A DNA stretch of 47,938 nucleotides from Gammaproteobacteria bacterium (GTDB lineage Bacteria; Pseudomonadota; Gammaproteobacteria; Steroidobacterales; Rariloculaceae). Location of the stretch: contig JAURFX010000002.1 of NCBI GenBank assembly GCA_030834065.1, forward strand, positions 1-47,938. The letters are read 5' to 3'. The notes under the pieces are model-generated. The model was not told the origin of the DNA. It made no database searches and saw nothing but the letters and a program-made list of their open reading frames with translations. A program made the translations under genes and the position numbers. Positions within the stretch are counted from its first letter, which is position 1. Every line of letters starts with the position of its first letter. This document shows, in pieces, positions 10,221-19,106 of this stretch.

Positions 10221-10754
10221 TTGAAAGTGTTTCAGATAAAGAAAATTTTAATCATATTTGGTTTTTTCCTATTCTCTGGGAATCTTATTTCTCAGGGAAG
10301 ATATATGGAAGTGCAAGAATTTTTGGACTTGGCATTTATTCAACAGCCACAGTTTTCGTCATTATGGGTGGATCAGGAGACCAGAGATACACTTAAGGAT
10401 ATTACTGGTAAAGACTTTAATCAATTACGAGTAAGATATTGGGAATCAGAAGATAAAACTGCTTGGGTTTTACAAGAAGTAGGAAAAGAGGAATTAATTA
10501 CTGTTGGTATCGTGGTTTATAACGGATCAATTCAGGAGGTCCGCGTTTTAGAATTTAAAGAACCTCGGGGCTGGGAAATTAGATACCCATTTTTTACTGA
10601 CCAATATCGTGGCATTAATGCTGATAAATTAATATCAAATGCAGCGAATCCGATTCATGGCATTACTGGCGCCACTTTATCTGTTGAAGCTGTAAATAGG
10701 ATGGCAAAAACTGCACTTATCCTTGATAGGAAGGTTACACTTCCTAATTCATGA
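10221..10754 (+). CDS. exported FMN-binding-domain protein (NqrC/RnfG-type flavinylation motif)
   Basis: The track ORF starts at 10152, but that ATG lies in the predicted promoter. An in-frame TTG at 10221 gives (M)KVFQIKKILIIFGFFLFSGNLISQ, a signal peptide. The C-terminal FMN_bind-like block is ITVGIVVYNGSIQEVRVLEFKE...IHGITGATLSVEAVNRMAK, with the [S/T]GA[S/T] flavinylation motif TGAT. Confidence 0.78.
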   Translation: MKVFQIKKILIIFGFFLFSGNLISQGRYMEVQEFLDLAFIQQPQFSSLWVDQETRDTLKDITGKDFNQLRVRYWESEDKTAWVLQEVGKEELITVGIVVYNGSIQEVRVLEFKEPRGWEIRYPFFTDQYRGINADKLISNAANPIHGITGATLSVEAVNRMAKTALILDRKVTLPNS

Positions 10755-11488
10755 CCCAAAAATTTATTTTTAAAATAAAAAAAATGGCCTACATTTTTCA
10801 TAGATGGATTGGTTTAATCAGTCTAATATTCATATTAAATTTTGCAATAACTGGCATCTTACTTAACCACGCGACTGGTTTGCGGCTCTATGAAAAGAAC
10901 TATAGCGGTCCGCTTGTGAAACTTTTATATCCAAATGGAACCTCTGCCTTTAGGTCATTCGAGTTTGGAGAAAGTTACCTAGACGTTTTGTCCGATAAAG
11001 TATTTTTAAATAATAATGATCTTAATTTAAATTTAACCGCACCTGTAGGGTTTATAAATTTATTTGAACAAGAATTATATATTTTTGCATCTGATGAGAT
11101 TATTTTTATTTTAGATTATGAATTTAATTTAATAGAAAGACTGCCGGTAAGTTTTTTTGGAATTGATAGGATCGATGCTCTGGGGGTCTTAGATGATGCA
11201 TTAATAGTCTCTAATCAAGTAGCTTACGATCTTAATGGTCAAGTATTGATGGATGTGGATTTAGATGAAATCCGCTTTGCCATTGACTCAACTGAAGTCA
11301 GGCAAGATTTATATAGCGCTCAAACGGGTGCTAGCATTAGTCGTTTTAACTTTATTAGCGACCTTCATTCTGGAAGAATATTAGCTAAATTTGGTGTCCT
11401 AATTCAGGACTTATTTGCAGTTTTTCTTATCATTTTGTCAGTCCTTGGGGGTTATCTTTTTTTCTCAAGGTATTCAAGAAAACCTTGA
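10751..11488 (+). CDS. PepSY-associated TM-helix family membrane protein (2 TM, large periplasmic loop)
   Basis: 245 aa. N-terminal FHRWIGLISLIFILNFAITGILLNH and C-terminal LHSGRILAKFGVLIQDLFAVFLIILSVLGGYLFF are the family hallmarks. ATGA overlap with the upstream FMN-binding gene. Confidence 0.75.
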   Translation: MTQKFIFKIKKMAYIFHRWIGLISLIFILNFAITGILLNHATGLRLYEKNYSGPLVKLLYPNGTSAFRSFEFGESYLDVLSDKVFLNNNDLNLNLTAPVGFINLFEQELYIFASDEIIFILDYEFNLIERLPVSFFGIDRIDALGVLDDALIVSNQVAYDLNGQVLMDVDLDEIRFAIDSTEVRQDLYSAQTGASISRFNFISDLHSGRILAKFGVLIQDLFAVFLIILSVLGGYLFFSRYSRKP

Positions 11489-11594
11489 TGAAATCAAGAC
11501 TAATCGTTAAGATCAAGTATAATTTTTATATAAGTTGAAACTTCATTGTCTTTATAGGCATCTCTTATATATAACAACTCTAGGGGGGTAATTT

Positions 11595-11996
11595 ATGAAG
11601 CGAGTGGCTTTCGTATTAGCTGTTTTTGCGTTTTTCACCTTAAATGCTCATCATGGTGCCGGTGTATATGATACAACTGCTGTGATCGATGTAACGGGAA
11701 CAGTTACAGAATTTCAATTTAGAAATCCTCATGTTTTAATTTTTATTGATGCCGAGAACGAGGCAGGGCAATCGGTTAATTGGTCTGGGGAATTAACCAG
11801 TAGAAATAGACTTGCAAGACAAATACAGGAGAATAGACCTCAGTGGACTAATGATATTTTAGAGCCAGGAGATACGATTACCTTAACAGGCAATCCTGCT
11901 GGAAATGGATCACCTTTTTTAAGGCTAATTAGGGTAGAGACTTCCGATGGGACAGTTCTGATTGGTCCTGATCAATCTCCTGCCGAGGAATATTAA
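11595..11996 (+). CDS. exported DUF6152-like small protein
   Basis: 133 aa. Signal peptide ends at ...FFTLNA|HHGAG. The block VTGTVTEFQFRNPHVLIFID ... GDTITLTGNP matches my recollection of the DUF6152 pattern (AHHS...tGtV.ef.w.NPH). Strong SD GGGGGG lies upstream. Confidence 0.7.
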   Translation: MKRVAFVLAVFAFFTLNAHHGAGVYDTTAVIDVTGTVTEFQFRNPHVLIFIDAENEAGQSVNWSGELTSRNRLARQIQENRPQWTNDILEPGDTITLTGNPAGNGSPFLRLIRVETSDGTVLIGPDQSPAEEY

Positions 11997-11997
11997 A

Positions 11998-12765
11998 ATG
12001 AGAAAGTATTTTTTCTTTATTCTAAGCTTTCTTTTAATTGGTTGCGGCCAAAATACCTCTCAAAATATTAATGATGCAGTTGAAACAGTTTCTGTTGATC
12101 CTGCGTTGGAGCACGGAGCTGATTTTTCAGGAGTATGGACACGCGATAACGGTGCTGGTGCTCAAGCTCATAACTCCTCATGGAGCAGGGAAATTCCAGA
12201 TATGACTCCATGGGCACGTGAGCAGTTTGACGTCCATCTTCCTACTTTTGGTGCGCGTGCCGTTGCTGTGGCTGATACTAATGATCCAGTGTATGAGTGC
12301 TATCCACCTGGGACCCCTAGAATTTATCTTCATCCATTTCCCATGGAGATTCTTCAAATGCCTGGAAGAATACTTATGATTTATGAATACGATGGAATTA
12401 CGAGAAATATCTATACTGATGGTAGGGAGCATCGAGATAATATCGGTGTTACCTGGATGGGAGATTCCATAGGATACTGGGATCAGGATGTTCTTGTTGT
12501 AGAAACTAAAAATATGAGAGATGACACGTGGATTGATCGAGAGGGGGTACCCCATAGTGAGGAGATGACAGTTATTGAGCGATTTCAATTAAGAGATGAA
12601 AATTCTTTATGGATAGACATTGAAATTACTGATCCTGTTGCATTAAATACTCCTTGGGTAACCTCACAAGCCTATCAAAAGACAGATTGGACGATTGAGG
12701 AGTTCAAGTGTATGGATAACGTAAATTTTGCCGCATGGGAAGATCAAATCCTAGAGTATAACTAA
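11998..12765 (+). CDS. lipoprotein of unknown function
   Basis: The track ORF begins at 11962, but ATG 11998 has SD GAGGAA and gives MRKYFFFILSFLLIGCGQN (lipobox LIGC). Conserved-looking blocks are CYPPGTPR, EILQMPGRILMIYEYDGITRNIYTDGREH, WMGDSIGYWDQDVLVVET and DTWIDREGVPHS. I recognise no family name. Confidence 0.75.
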   Translation: MRKYFFFILSFLLIGCGQNTSQNINDAVETVSVDPALEHGADFSGVWTRDNGAGAQAHNSSWSREIPDMTPWAREQFDVHLPTFGARAVAVADTNDPVYECYPPGTPRIYLHPFPMEILQMPGRILMIYEYDGITRNIYTDGREHRDNIGVTWMGDSIGYWDQDVLVVETKNMRDDTWIDREGVPHSEEMTVIERFQLRDENSLWIDIEITDPVALNTPWVTSQAYQKTDWTIEEFKCMDNVNFAAWEDQILEYN

Positions 12766-12782
12766 AGAATCAAGGAGAAATT

Positions 12783-13967
12783 ATGATATTTAAATTAAGA
12801 TATTTTTTGATTATTGCTTTTTTCTATTTATTCGGGTGTGGCAATAATGTCTCGGATGATATGAACAATGATGAGTTAAGTACTTCTCCTGCAATGCCAG
12901 GGAGCAATATCCCTATTTTTGATGTTTCAAATATAGCTCGTAAAAGTTTTTACTTTGCAGGTGGTGACTATATAGGCGATCCTCCGGTGATGGGTGGTCA
13001 GATGTATGTTGAAATATGGGAACCGGTCAACCCAACTCAACAATATCCTATAGTTTTATTTCATGGTAATGGACAAACTGGTGTTGACTGGAAACAAACG
13101 CCAGATGGAAGGCCTGGCTGGGCATATTATCTTGTAGAGCAGGGATACACAATTTATATGGTTGATTATCCAGCTAGAGGAAGATCTGCATACATACCTG
13201 GTGGTATTCACGGTGATCTTGGAATTAGAACCGTTGAGCAACTTGAGACCATTTGGACAAATGTAGGGGAAAAAGGTAATTTTCCTCTAGATCAGAATCA
13301 CACTCAATGGCCGGGTACAGGTAAAAGAGGTGACCCTATTTTTGATAACTTTATTAAAACTCAAGTTCAGTTTGCAGGCGAAAGTACAACCTTAGCAAGA
13401 TATGCAGCTATGGAGCTCCTAGATACGATTGGACAGCCTGTGATACTGCTTACTCACTCGCAGGGTGGTGGAGTTGGTTGGGGTGTCGCGGATGGAAGAC
13501 CTGACCTAGTTAGAGGGATTGTAACTGTTGAGCCAGGTGGTCCTCAAATTGGTAATGTAAATACCGCTGAAGTCATCTATTCAGGTAGGCCTGCAAATGC
13601 TTGGGGTCCAGTCGATTATCCATTAACTTATGACCCCCCTGTTACAGATCCATCAGAGATTATTACCTATCTCGAGGCAGAAGCGGACCAGCCTGGCGAG
13701 GTTCCATGCTATTTACAAGAAGAGCCTGCGAGACAGTTAGTTAATATGGCAGACATGAGGGTTTTAGCAATTTCAGCAGACGGTACTTATCACAGGGTAT
13801 TCGATGCGTGCATACCGAAGTGGTTAAATCAAGCCGGTGTGGAGACTGATTTTATTAGGCTTGAAGATGTCGGCATCAGTGGGAATGGTCACATGATGAT
13901 GCTTGAGCTTAATAGTGACGATATTATTGAATTCATTCATGAGTGGATTCAAGAAAACTTAGCCTAA
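12783..13967 (+). CDS. exported alpha/beta-hydrolase, paralog 1 (lipoprotein)
   Basis: 394 aa with lipobox LFGC. Nucleophile elbow LLTHSQGG and C-terminal GNGHMMMLE (probable catalytic His). Roughly 50 percent identical by eye to the 15247-16386 product. Confidence 0.85.
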   Translation: MIFKLRYFLIIAFFYLFGCGNNVSDDMNNDELSTSPAMPGSNIPIFDVSNIARKSFYFAGGDYIGDPPVMGGQMYVEIWEPVNPTQQYPIVLFHGNGQTGVDWKQTPDGRPGWAYYLVEQGYTIYMVDYPARGRSAYIPGGIHGDLGIRTVEQLETIWTNVGEKGNFPLDQNHTQWPGTGKRGDPIFDNFIKTQVQFAGESTTLARYAAMELLDTIGQPVILLTHSQGGGVGWGVADGRPDLVRGIVTVEPGGPQIGNVNTAEVIYSGRPANAWGPVDYPLTYDPPVTDPSEIITYLEAEADQPGEVPCYLQEEPARQLVNMADMRVLAISADGTYHRVFDACIPKWLNQAGVETDFIRLEDVGISGNGHMMMLELNSDDIIEFIHEWIQENLA

Positions 13968-13975
13968 GAGGTTTT

Positions 13976-15244
13976 ATGAGAAATTTAAAGCTATTTAAAA
14001 TTATAATTTTTTCGTTTTTTACGATAATTATTTCTGCTGCATCCTTTGCACAACGCAGGGATTTAAATGATGGTTTTGCAGCGGTCCCAGGCGAAAGGGG
14101 TGGCCAGGAAATGTTTGGTCCCTATGATATTGTTGCTGGCTGGCCTCAGGATATTGCTGATCTCCCTGGTCATGATGCGTGGACATACGGTGCCGGCCAA
14201 AGCGTCTTTGCTGAAAGCCCTGATCGAGTATTTATGCTCTTTAGAGGGGAGCTCCCCAATATCGCCAGACCTGGCACGTTTGTTGTATACGATGGAAATG
14301 GACCAGGCGTTTCATACCCAGTAGCACAAGTGCCCTGGAGAAATGCTTCGGTGGGGCCTAGGTCAAGTTTACCCGGATCTTTAGATGGCGGGGATCAAGA
14401 CAGAGGAACTTATGGTCTTGATCATCGATGGGAACATACTTTAATCGTCGCTAACAGAGATGGTGAGATCATTGAAGAGTGGACTCAATGGGATCACTTA
14501 TTCAGAAGACCGCATTTTGTGACTATTGATCCATTTGATCCAGAGAAGAAAGTATGGATCGTTGATGATTATAGGCATGCAATTTTTGTGTTTTCTAATG
14601 ATGGGAGTGAGCTCTTAAATACTATAGGCGTCCCTAATGAGCGTGGCAATGATGAGTCACATTTTTATAGACCTACTTTTCTAACGTTTACAGAGGATCA
14701 TGTTTTTGTCGCTGATGGTTACATAAATACTCGTGTCGTTAAGCTTGATAAGGACGGAAATTTTGTCATGACATGGGGTCAACCTGGGGAGAGAGGGGGT
14801 AATGAAACCCGACCTGGGTATTTTAATAATGTGCATGGAATTGCAGCAAATCTTGATGAAGGATTAATTTATGTCAACGATAGGGGCAATCGTCGAGTCC
14901 AGATTTTTGATTTCGATGGTAACTATCAAGATGAATGGAGTTTTGGGCCCGCCCCAACTGACATCCACCTTATCTACATGGGTGATGATGGTACGCTTTG
15001 GGCTGCAGATAGGGCCACATCTAAAATTTTAGGCTATAACCCAGATGGCGAATTAATATACTCATGGGGTATTTTTGGTGATTTTCCAGGTGCCTTTTTT
15101 GGTGTCCATGCTATGAGTGTAGACCAAGAGGGAAATTTTTATGTCGCAGAAGTAGGTGGAGGTAGAGTGCAGAAATTTACCCCACGAAATGGCGCTAGAC
15201 AAGAAACATTATTGGCAAGGCCAGTATATTCTGCATGGGAGTAA
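13976..15244 (+). CDS. exported NHL-repeat beta-propeller, peptidyl-alpha-hydroxyglycine amidating lyase (PAL)-like, paralog 1
   Basis: ATG 13976 has SD AAGAGG (track start is 13943). Signal peptide MRNLKLFKIIIFSFFTIIISAASFAQ. NHL-type blades include VADGYINTRVVKLDKDGNFVMTWG and VNDRGNRRVQIFDFDGNY. Invariant His in RRPHF, NVHGIA and GVHAMS. Confidence 0.8.
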   Translation: MRNLKLFKIIIFSFFTIIISAASFAQRRDLNDGFAAVPGERGGQEMFGPYDIVAGWPQDIADLPGHDAWTYGAGQSVFAESPDRVFMLFRGELPNIARPGTFVVYDGNGPGVSYPVAQVPWRNASVGPRSSLPGSLDGGDQDRGTYGLDHRWEHTLIVANRDGEIIEEWTQWDHLFRRPHFVTIDPFDPEKKVWIVDDYRHAIFVFSNDGSELLNTIGVPNERGNDESHFYRPTFLTFTEDHVFVADGYINTRVVKLDKDGNFVMTWGQPGERGGNETRPGYFNNVHGIAANLDEGLIYVNDRGNRRVQIFDFDGNYQDEWSFGPAPTDIHLIYMGDDGTLWAADRATSKILGYNPDGELIYSWGIFGDFPGAFFGVHAMSVDQEGNFYVAEVGGGRVQKFTPRNGARQETLLARPVYSAWE

Positions 15245-15246
15245 TT

Positions 15247-16386
15247 ATGAGAAAAATAATATCAGTATTTCTATTCTTTTTTCCTATGACCTATTTTGCA
15301 CAGGTGACAGATCGGATTGATATGATGGACATGAGCAATGTCGCTTATCAGGGATTTTTCTATGCAGGTGGCGAATATGTGAGAGAGGGCGACCAAGTCA
15401 CCATGGGTGGCGCGATGTATGTAGAGGTCATGGTACCGAAAGAAATTAGACATCCATATCCTGTGGTATTTTTCCATGGTGCGGGTCAAACGGCAGTCGA
15501 TTGGCTACAAACGCCTGATGGTAGGCCTGGTTGGGCTTATAATTTTCTCGATGCTGGATATGTTGTCTACATGGAGGACTATCCTGGAAGAGGTCGGTCT
15601 CAGTATGTTCCTGATTATGATGGACAATTAAATATTCGTAATGCGCCACAATTGGAGGAGATTTTTACTGCCTCAGCAGCCGTTTCTGAAGAAAAACAAA
15701 TTTTTCCTCAAGCTCCTTTGCATACCCAGTGGCCTGGTACAGGAAGAATGGGCGACCCAGTCTTTGATTTCTTTAATAAAACTCAGGTACAGTTTATGGC
15801 AGGGCAGGACGGTCCAGCCGTAGCGGCAAATATTGCTCTTCTCGATATGATTGGTACGCCCGTTATATTGCTGACGCATTCTCAAGGCGGTGCGTTCGGA
15901 TGGCCTGTCGCACAAGCAAGACCTGATCTCGTTCATGCAATCGTTACTGTGGAACCTGCTGCACCTCCGATTCGAGGAGTTGATACTACCAACGTACAGG
16001 TGTTAGATCGAGGCGGTTTAAGCTATGGTATCAGTAGTTACCCAATTGAGTATGAACCGCCAATTTCTGGGCCTTCCGATCTCAATGTGGTTTTAGAGGA
16101 TCAGGCACAAGGCGAAAATCTTGTCCCTTGTTATCGTCAAGTTGAGCCTGCCAGACAGCTCGCTAACCTAACCCATATTCCAGTTCTTTTTTTAAATGGT
16201 GAGGGAAGTTATCATCGAATCTTTGATCATTGTTTGGCCGATTGGCTTAACCAGGCCGGTGTTCAAACTGAATATATTAGGATGGAAGAAGTAGGCTTGC
16301 GCGGTAATGGTCACATGATGATGCTAGAAGAAAATAGCAGAGAAATTGCTGATTATATAATTGGCTGGCTAAATGATTTAGGATAA
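15247..16386 (+). CDS. exported alpha/beta-hydrolase, paralog 2
   Basis: ATG 15247 (track start is 15235). Signal peptide MRKIISVFLFFFPMTYFAQ. Shares QTPDGRPGWAY, VILLTHSQGG and GNGHMMMLE with paralog 1. Confidence 0.85.
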   Translation: MRKIISVFLFFFPMTYFAQVTDRIDMMDMSNVAYQGFFYAGGEYVREGDQVTMGGAMYVEVMVPKEIRHPYPVVFFHGAGQTAVDWLQTPDGRPGWAYNFLDAGYVVYMEDYPGRGRSQYVPDYDGQLNIRNAPQLEEIFTASAAVSEEKQIFPQAPLHTQWPGTGRMGDPVFDFFNKTQVQFMAGQDGPAVAANIALLDMIGTPVILLTHSQGGAFGWPVAQARPDLVHAIVTVEPAAPPIRGVDTTNVQVLDRGGLSYGISSYPIEYEPPISGPSDLNVVLEDQAQGENLVPCYRQVEPARQLANLTHIPVLFLNGEGSYHRIFDHCLADWLNQAGVQTEYIRMEEVGLRGNGHMMMLEENSREIADYIIGWLNDLG

Positions 16387-16416
16387 AGTTAATATTCATA
16401 ATAGGGGGAAATTGTT

Positions 16417-17748
16417 ATGAAACAAATAGGAATTGGACTTGCGGTAGGTGTGGTTGCTGCCTATTTATATTTTAGTTTTAATGCAACACAACAAATTATT
16501 GAGGTTGAAGTTATCCAAGAGCAGTCCTATGCTGCAATTCCAGGCACGATTGGCGGGCAGGAGTATTGGGGTGCATATGATGTGGATCCAAGTTGGCCAA
16601 TAGACATAGCTGAGCAAATTGAAGGTCATGAAGGCTGGACTTGGGGTGCCGGACAGTCAGTTTTTGCTGAGAGCCCAGACCGAGTTTTTGTATTAGTTAG
16701 GGGTGAAATCCCAAGCTTTGAAAGGCCAAGAAATGTCGACCTAAGAGAGTCAACGGGAATACCAGCAAATTTTCCAGTGAGTAACTTCGTGCCTTGGAGA
16801 AATACCACGAATACCTCTTTGCCTGTTGGGGTTCATGATACTGATGATAATTGCCCTGAAACAAGCGAACGAGGGGTTTGCGGTGTAGATGTTCGTTGGG
16901 AGCACGCGATACTTGTTTTTAACCGCGAGGGTGAGTTGATTGAATCTTGGACCCAATGGGATTATCTTCTAAGGAGACCACACGCGATTTACATCAATCC
17001 ATATGATCCAGAGAAACATGTTTGGATAGTTGATGACTATAGACATGCCATCTTTAAGTTTACCAATGATGGCTCAGAGCTAGTGCAAACTATTGGGGAG
17101 CCCAATGTGTGGGTCCAGTCAGTTGATCCTGAAGATGATCTCGAGCATTTTTATAGACCCACTTTTATGGCATTTAGACCTGACGGTGGTTTTTATGTTA
17201 GTGATGGCTATTTAAATACTCGTGTTGTCAGATTTAATTCGGATGGAACCCCTCATAGTGCTTGGGGGCAGCCCGGTATCAATGGAGTCCGAGAGGGCCG
17301 CCCTGAAGATAGACCCGGTTATATGTTCAATGTACATGGTTTAGCCGTTGATCATGTCACTGGTCATATCTTTGTAAATGATAGAAACAATAATCGCGTG
17401 CAAGTTTTTGACGAAGATGGAAATTATGTTCGTGAATGGTCAGTAGGTGATCTTGGAAGATCAAATATTCACTTATTTTGGATGGGTGAAGACAGGGCTT
17501 TATGGGCATTTGATCAAAATACTCAGAAAATGCTGAAATACAGTAATGATGGTGAGTTTCTCTATCAATTCGGTGGAATGGGTGGAAGAGGTTTTGGCTT
17601 CTTTGGTGTGCATGGCATTAATGTTGACCAAGAAGGTAACTTATACGTAGCTGAAGTAGGTAATGGTGGTGCCCAAAAATTCATACCACGTGAAGGCGCA
17701 AACCCAGACCTAATGTTAGCCAGACCAGTATTTAGCGCTTGGGAGTAA
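16417..17748 (+). CDS. membrane-anchored or exported PAL-like NHL beta-propeller, paralog 2
   Basis: 443 aa with an N-terminal hydrophobic anchor. Shares WGAGQSVFAESPDRVF, RRPHA, VWIVDDYRHAIFKF, VSDGYLNTRVVRFNSDG, NVHGLA, VNDRNNNRVQVFDEDGNY, GVHGIN and a C-terminal PVFSAWE. Confidence 0.8.
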   Translation: MKQIGIGLAVGVVAAYLYFSFNATQQIIEVEVIQEQSYAAIPGTIGGQEYWGAYDVDPSWPIDIAEQIEGHEGWTWGAGQSVFAESPDRVFVLVRGEIPSFERPRNVDLRESTGIPANFPVSNFVPWRNTTNTSLPVGVHDTDDNCPETSERGVCGVDVRWEHAILVFNREGELIESWTQWDYLLRRPHAIYINPYDPEKHVWIVDDYRHAIFKFTNDGSELVQTIGEPNVWVQSVDPEDDLEHFYRPTFMAFRPDGGFYVSDGYLNTRVVRFNSDGTPHSAWGQPGINGVREGRPEDRPGYMFNVHGLAVDHVTGHIFVNDRNNNRVQVFDEDGNYVREWSVGDLGRSNIHLFWMGEDRALWAFDQNTQKMLKYSNDGEFLYQFGGMGGRGFGFFGVHGINVDQEGNLYVAEVGNGGAQKFIPREGANPDLMLARPVFSAWE

Positions 17749-17751
17749 TTT

Positions 17752-19086
17752 ATGGGTAAGCAAATTTGGATAGCAATTATCTTAGTAGCTGCAGCTGCAG
17801 TATTTTTTGTCTCAAATAACGAGAATACGATTGCGCAAACTGAAACGGAAAACGCCGCATTTAGTATTTCAGCTATTCCTGGGCAAATCGGAGGACAAGA
17901 TATCTTAGGAGGGTATGAAGTTGATGCTGACTGGCCTAGAGAGATCAATAATAAACCTGGTGACGAGGATTGGACATGGGGCGCTGGACAAAGCATCTAT
18001 GCCGAATCCGAGGATAGAGTTTATGCATTGATGCGAGGTCAGTTGCCAAATATTGAAAGACCCAGAACTCAATATCTGAGAGATATTGCTCCAAGCTTAT
18101 CATTTCCAATCGGACGACTTCCATGGAGAGATGCAACAGCAGCCAGCCTTCCGGCCAACGGTGGGACTGGAGCTCTAGCTGAAGAAGGAATTTCAGCTTG
18201 GTTAGCAAGAGGCCTTGAGATTGGTGTCGACGCACGATGGGATTACTGTGTTGTAGTCTTTGATGCGGATGGCAACATGATCGAGGAATGGACCGATGAG
18301 CAAGGAAATTGCACCATGCCAAATGGCGAGCAACTTCAAAGACCACACTTTGTCGGTATGGATCCTTATGATGCCGATAAGCATGTTTGGATTCTCGATG
18401 ATCATAAGCATACTATCTATAAGCTAACAAATGATGGCTCAGAAATAGTCATGCAGCTCGGGACCTATGGTGAACTAGGCACAGATGAAAATCACTTTAA
18501 CCGACCCTCAATGATGGATTGGATGCCTGAAGAAGAGGGCGGTGCAAGTATTTTTGTTGCAGATGGATACAATGGTACACGAGTTGTGAAATTTGACTCA
18601 GAGGGTAATTTTATTACTCAGTGGGGAGAGCCTGGTGCGCGAGGCGGTGAGACACGTCCCGGATATTGGCATAATGTTCATGGTATAGCAATTGATCCAG
18701 TCGGCAGAAGAGTCTTTGTCAATGATAGGACCAATAATCGCGTTCAAGTTTTTGATGAAGATGGCAATTACCTTTACGAATGGAGTTTCGGACCGGAGCC
18801 AGCTGATATACATGACTTTATGATAACTGCTGATGGCCATTTATGGGCAGCAGATCGTGGTACTAATAAAATGCTTAAATATGATCTTGAGGGAAGATTC
18901 CTATACTCATGGGGTACTTGGGGAGACTTCCCAGGTGGGTTCTGGGGTGTTCATGGTATCAGTTCAGATCCTCAGGGAAATTTTTATGTAGCAGAAGTTG
19001 ATAATGGAGGCTTCCAAAAGTACACCCCTAGAGCAGGTGTAAATCCAGAAACTTTAGTAGGCGCTCCTGTGAGATCAGCCTGGTAA
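17752..19086 (+). CDS. membrane-anchored or exported PAL-like NHL beta-propeller, paralog 3
   Basis: 444 aa with the same block set: WGAGQSIYAESEDRVY, QRPHF, VADGYNGTRVVKFDSEGNFITQWG, NVHGIA, VNDRTNNRVQVFDEDGNY, GVHGIS. C-terminus is PVRSAW. Confidence 0.8.
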   Translation: MGKQIWIAIILVAAAAVFFVSNNENTIAQTETENAAFSISAIPGQIGGQDILGGYEVDADWPREINNKPGDEDWTWGAGQSIYAESEDRVYALMRGQLPNIERPRTQYLRDIAPSLSFPIGRLPWRDATAASLPANGGTGALAEEGISAWLARGLEIGVDARWDYCVVVFDADGNMIEEWTDEQGNCTMPNGEQLQRPHFVGMDPYDADKHVWILDDHKHTIYKLTNDGSEIVMQLGTYGELGTDENHFNRPSMMDWMPEEEGGASIFVADGYNGTRVVKFDSEGNFITQWGEPGARGGETRPGYWHNVHGIAIDPVGRRVFVNDRTNNRVQVFDEDGNYLYEWSFGPEPADIHDFMITADGHLWAADRGTNKMLKYDLEGRFLYSWGTWGDFPGGFWGVHGISSDPQGNFYVAEVDNGGFQKYTPRAGVNPETLVGAPVRSAW

Positions 19087-19106
19087 TTTAAATTGCTCAA
19101 ATAAAT

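Noticed and set aside
17565-17996. 143-aa reverse-strand ORF. Similar antisense or off-frame ORFs in the track include 12178-12588, 25073-25438, 7042-7467, 5737-6066, 17945-18346, 8427-8774 and 24147-24470.
   Set aside because: All lie entirely inside well-supported genes on the other strand or in another frame. Their translations are low-complexity and carry no recognisable motifs. They are shadow ORFs.
11595-19086. Elevated GC in the hydrolase/propeller operon as proof of recent horizontal transfer.
   Set aside because: Hand-counted 60-nt lines gave 43-57 percent GC here. A line inside the core gene hflK also gave about 50 percent, while membrane-protein genes drop to about 23 percent. GC tracks protein type in this genome, so compositional evidence is not reliable without proper computation.
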